Below, piece after piece: positions 14,919-17,201 of a stretch of DNA of 17,201 bases (the stretch's first letter is position 1; every line of letters starts with the position of its first letter). Both the position numbers and the translations under genes were made by a program. The stretch is from Candidatus Thorarchaeota archaeon (GTDB taxonomy: Archaea > Asgardarchaeota > Thorarchaeia > Thorarchaeales > Thorarchaeaceae). The notes under the pieces were generated by a model. It had not been told where the DNA came from. It searched no databases and worked only from the letters and a program-made list of their open reading frames with translations. The DNA is taken from NCBI GenBank assembly GCA_016839445.1, contig JAEOUG010000055.1, positions 1 to 17,201 of the forward strand, given 5' to 3'.

Positions 14919-16151
14919 TCAGTACATGCGCTTGATCACGACAAGGAGTAGTACGAAGGACAGCACAGTAATACCTGACGCAATCATGACCAATTCTGTT
15001 CCCATCCCACCAAACACGAAGGAGACCGCAGTAACAGAGACGGAATCGTTTTCAGTGTTCCCCCCAGCATCCGTGACAATGAGCGTGAGATTGTGCGTTC
15101 CTGGAGCTATGGTGTCCAGCAGGACCGAGATTTCGCCGCCCGTCCATGCTCCGCTCTTCCACGAGAACGAATTGATCAGCACTGTGTATGTGAAGGGGTA
15201 GGAGTCATTAGCAGCCCACTCTATGAAGTTACCATTGCTCTCTATATCAAAGGCGAAATCATGGACTGGGTCCACGGTTGGGCGTACCGGATCATCAAAG
15301 AAAGCCGCGAAGTTGTCAATTGAACCCGAGTCGCCAGCGATCAGGTATGGCTCCGATTCATTGTAGTCCGAGTACGCATTTCCCACTCCGATACCATCAT
15401 CAAACCTGTTATCCAGTCCGCTGTCTCGTGCATGTGTTTCTATGCCATTCCTTACGAAGTTCCAGCCGAATTCGTTACGCAGAACAGTGTTGTTGTAGGA
15501 GTATGGTTCGAATTCCACACCAACGAAGGTGTTCCTATAGATACTGTTGTTCTCGACTCGGCAGTATGTGGACCCCTCAAACATTATCCCCTTGTAGTTC
15601 GCGTAGAGTTTGCAGTCAGTTATCTCGCAGTCGGTCGACTGATAGACATAGACGCCGTTCCCAGCGTTGCCCTGTGAATAGCAGCCAACCACTCTGCAGT
15701 CGTCTGACCACATGAATTGGATTCCATTTGTGGCACCTGTTAGGAAGCAGTTCTCAATGGATCCATGCTCCACGAAGGAGAACAAGACGACTGCAGCAGT
15801 CGAAGCTGAAGTTGTGCCTAAGTCGCAATCTCGAATGACAAAGAACGCAGTGGTTCCCGAGACCCTAATGGCGGGTGCTGAGGATTTGATCTGAAGGTTC
15901 GATATGACATAGGGGTCATTCCTAGTCCCAACTCCCGAAGTGGCAATCTCAACGAGCTCCTGATTGTTTTCGATGGCAATATTGCCGCTTCCAACATACT
16001 GCTTGCTCTGGCATTCCGAATCAATGAATCCGGTCGTCTGTTGCTTGGAACCAGTGCCTAGAGGCGCCGAGAAGAGAATCAGCCCTAGGATGATGACTGT
16101 CACTAGCCCAAGCCGACGCACCAAATCTATCTTCCTCTGTGAGTGGAACAT
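14919..16151 (-). CDS. Surface-anchored beta-helix (NosD-like) protein with a C-terminal Ig-like domain, paralogue 4
   Basis: N-terminal TM/signal, SGVGTRNDPYVISNL cap, a shorter beta-helix, GNAYSDY, Ig-like PGTHNLTLIVTDAGGN...VSVT, TM helix and KRMY. Start ATG 16151 (MFHSQ); GTG 16196 overlapping the upstream stop is an alternative. Confidence 0.87.
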   Translation of the reverse strand: MFHSQRKIDLVRRLGLVTVIILGLILFSAPLGTGSKQQTTGFIDSECQSKQYVGSGNIAIENNQELVEIATSGVGTRNDPYVISNLQIKSSAPAIRVSGTTAFFVIRDCDLGTTSASTAAVVLFSFVEHGSIENCFLTGATNGIQFMWSDDCRVVGCYSQGNAGNGVYVYQSTDCEITDCKLYANYKGIMFEGSTYCRVENNSIYRNTFVGVEFEPYSYNNTVLRNEFGWNFVRNGIETHARDSGLDNRFDDGIGVGNAYSDYNESEPYLIAGDSGSIDNFAAFFDDPVRPTVDPVHDFAFDIESNGNFIEWAANDSYPFTYTVLINSFSWKSGAWTGGEISVLLDTIAPGTHNLTLIVTDAGGNTENDSVSVTAVSFVFGGMGTELVMIASGITVLSFVLLLVVIKRMY

Positions 16152-16192
16152 CCGCGATACCTCTTGAAGGTTACCGCTTAAGCAGAAGGGAG

Positions 16193-16783
16193 TCACGCGT
16201 CCTCAGTCCCGACAATCTCCGCATTCAGACCATTGGCCTCAAGAAATCGCGTTCTGTACTCACGGTTTTGGATTCTCAACACGACTACATCCTTTGATCT
16301 AGCCATGTCCACAAACCTCAGTTTCCTTTCAAGTGCTCGTGGGAACAATCCATAGAGAAGGCTGCCCAGGAGAATCAGTATTGAGCCAATGAGTCCTATC
16401 CAGGTGCTCATCACGGGCTCGGAGTAGTATGATGTGGCGTTCAACTCAAGGAGGAAATAGAGGACCGGATAGAACATCACGAAGAACCCGACGATTGCCA
16501 CAAGTCTGGTGCGAAATGTCCTTACGCTCCTACTGCCATGAGACATGCACGTGGGGACTGCGAAGGTCGCATAGCCCTTGGCCGAACTTAAGGCCGACGA
16601 GATCTTGTCATCCTGGCGGCTCCAAGATGTACCAATGTGGTCATCTTGTCTTAGCCTGTCAAGGACGGTTATGAAGACAAGGTCCTCTGCGGGGTCAAGA
16701 CAGACGGGGCAGACCTCGGGGAACTCGATGACTGACAGCTTAGCCTTAACGAATTCCTTGTTTGGACGTCTCATGTGCTTCAT
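16193..16783 (-). CDS. Hypothetical membrane protein with putative Zn-binding CxxC/CxxH motif and two TM helices
   Basis: FPEVCPVC and VPTCMSH, then two hydrophobic helices and a soluble tail (LRIQNREY...FLEAN). An AGGAG SD lies upstream. Confidence 0.8.
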   Translation of the reverse strand: MKHMRRPNKEFVKAKLSVIEFPEVCPVCLDPAEDLVFITVLDRLRQDDHIGTSWSRQDDKISSALSSAKGYATFAVPTCMSHGSRSVRTFRTRLVAIVGFFVMFYPVLYFLLELNATSYYSEPVMSTWIGLIGSILILLGSLLYGLFPRALERKLRFVDMARSKDVVVLRIQNREYRTRFLEANGLNAEIVGTEDA

Positions 16784-16820
16784 GTCGTCGCTCTCCTGCA
16801 GCCTGCGATGGCTGAGAGTC

Positions 16821-17195
16821 CTACTCAGGAGGCATTACGATGATCTGGATGCTGGTCACTGGATTCCCGTCTTTGGGCTCTGCGGCCTCGAAGGTGTCAA
16901 AGGTCATCTTGTAGATGAAGCGAGTCTCTCTCTTCTTCAGTTCATGCGCGACTCGCACAGCCAGACCTGACCCCTTGAATCCAAACCCGCGTATCGCTAC
17001 CATCTTCTTCTCGGCCTTCACGAGGTCGTATATTGTGCTGCTTATTCTCGGGATGTTGACACGACCCGCATTGTGAGATATCTCGAGAAGAACGTAGTCA
17101 CTCGTTGGGAATACTTCGATGTCTTCCTTCAAAGTTATAGCTATTATGGCATCGTCAATCCTCAGCTGCTCCGGAATCCTGTCTCTGAGCGACAT
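16821..17195 (-). CDS. Divergent Alba-fold nucleic-acid-binding protein
   Basis: VAIRGFGFKGSGLAVRVAHELKKR and PVTSIQIIV resemble the Alba consensus segments V-I-K-A-R-G-x-A-I-S-x-A-V-D-V-A-E and V-S-x-I-E-I-x-L. There is an N-terminal extension of about 35 aa. Confidence 0.7.
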   Translation of the reverse strand: MSLRDRIPEQLRIDDAIIAITLKEDIEVFPTSDYVLLEISHNAGRVNIPRISSTIYDLVKAEKKMVAIRGFGFKGSGLAVRVAHELKKRETRFIYKMTFDTFEAAEPKDGNPVTSIQIIVMPPE

Positions 17196-17201
17196 AAGTC
17201 A

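Noticed and set aside
10507-16151. Nitrous oxide reductase (nos) cluster or DGR target array
   Set aside because: There is no nosZ/F/Y/L and no reverse transcriptase. I saw no near-identical template/variable repeat pair differing at adenines.
1-17201. tRNA, rRNA, CRISPR array, integrase or transposase
   Set aside because: By eye, the intergenic gaps contain no cloverleaf with a T-loop consensus and no regularly spaced repeats, and no ORF has recombinase motifs.

Overview
Archaeal chromosomal window, most likely an Asgard archaeon such as Thorarchaeia. That assignment is inferred from a Rab-like GTPase, an archaeal AspRS-like AsnA, a four-subunit POR operon, an Alba-like gene, expanded membrane-anchored beta-helix proteins and TATA/BRE promoters. 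Gene order: a 5'-truncated multi-pass membrane ORF continuous with a Rab-like GTPase; an unannotated 45-aa four-Cys microprotein with a structured leader; a glycerophosphodiester phosphodiesterase; thyX; asnA; a CDF-type transporter domain flanked by two winged-helix-like domains; porGDAB; a small membrane protein; a true chalcone-synthase-family type III polyketide synthase; four tandem surface-anchored NosD/beta-helix paralogues; a Zn-finger membrane protein; and a divergent Alba-fold protein. I saw no rRNA, tRNA, CRISPR array or mobile element. The most notable items are the type III PKS in an archaeon, the membrane-Rab fusion with an internal SD+ATG, the wHTH-CDF-wHTH protein, and the microprotein with a switch-like 5' leader. 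All family calls come from motifs read by eye, not database searches.
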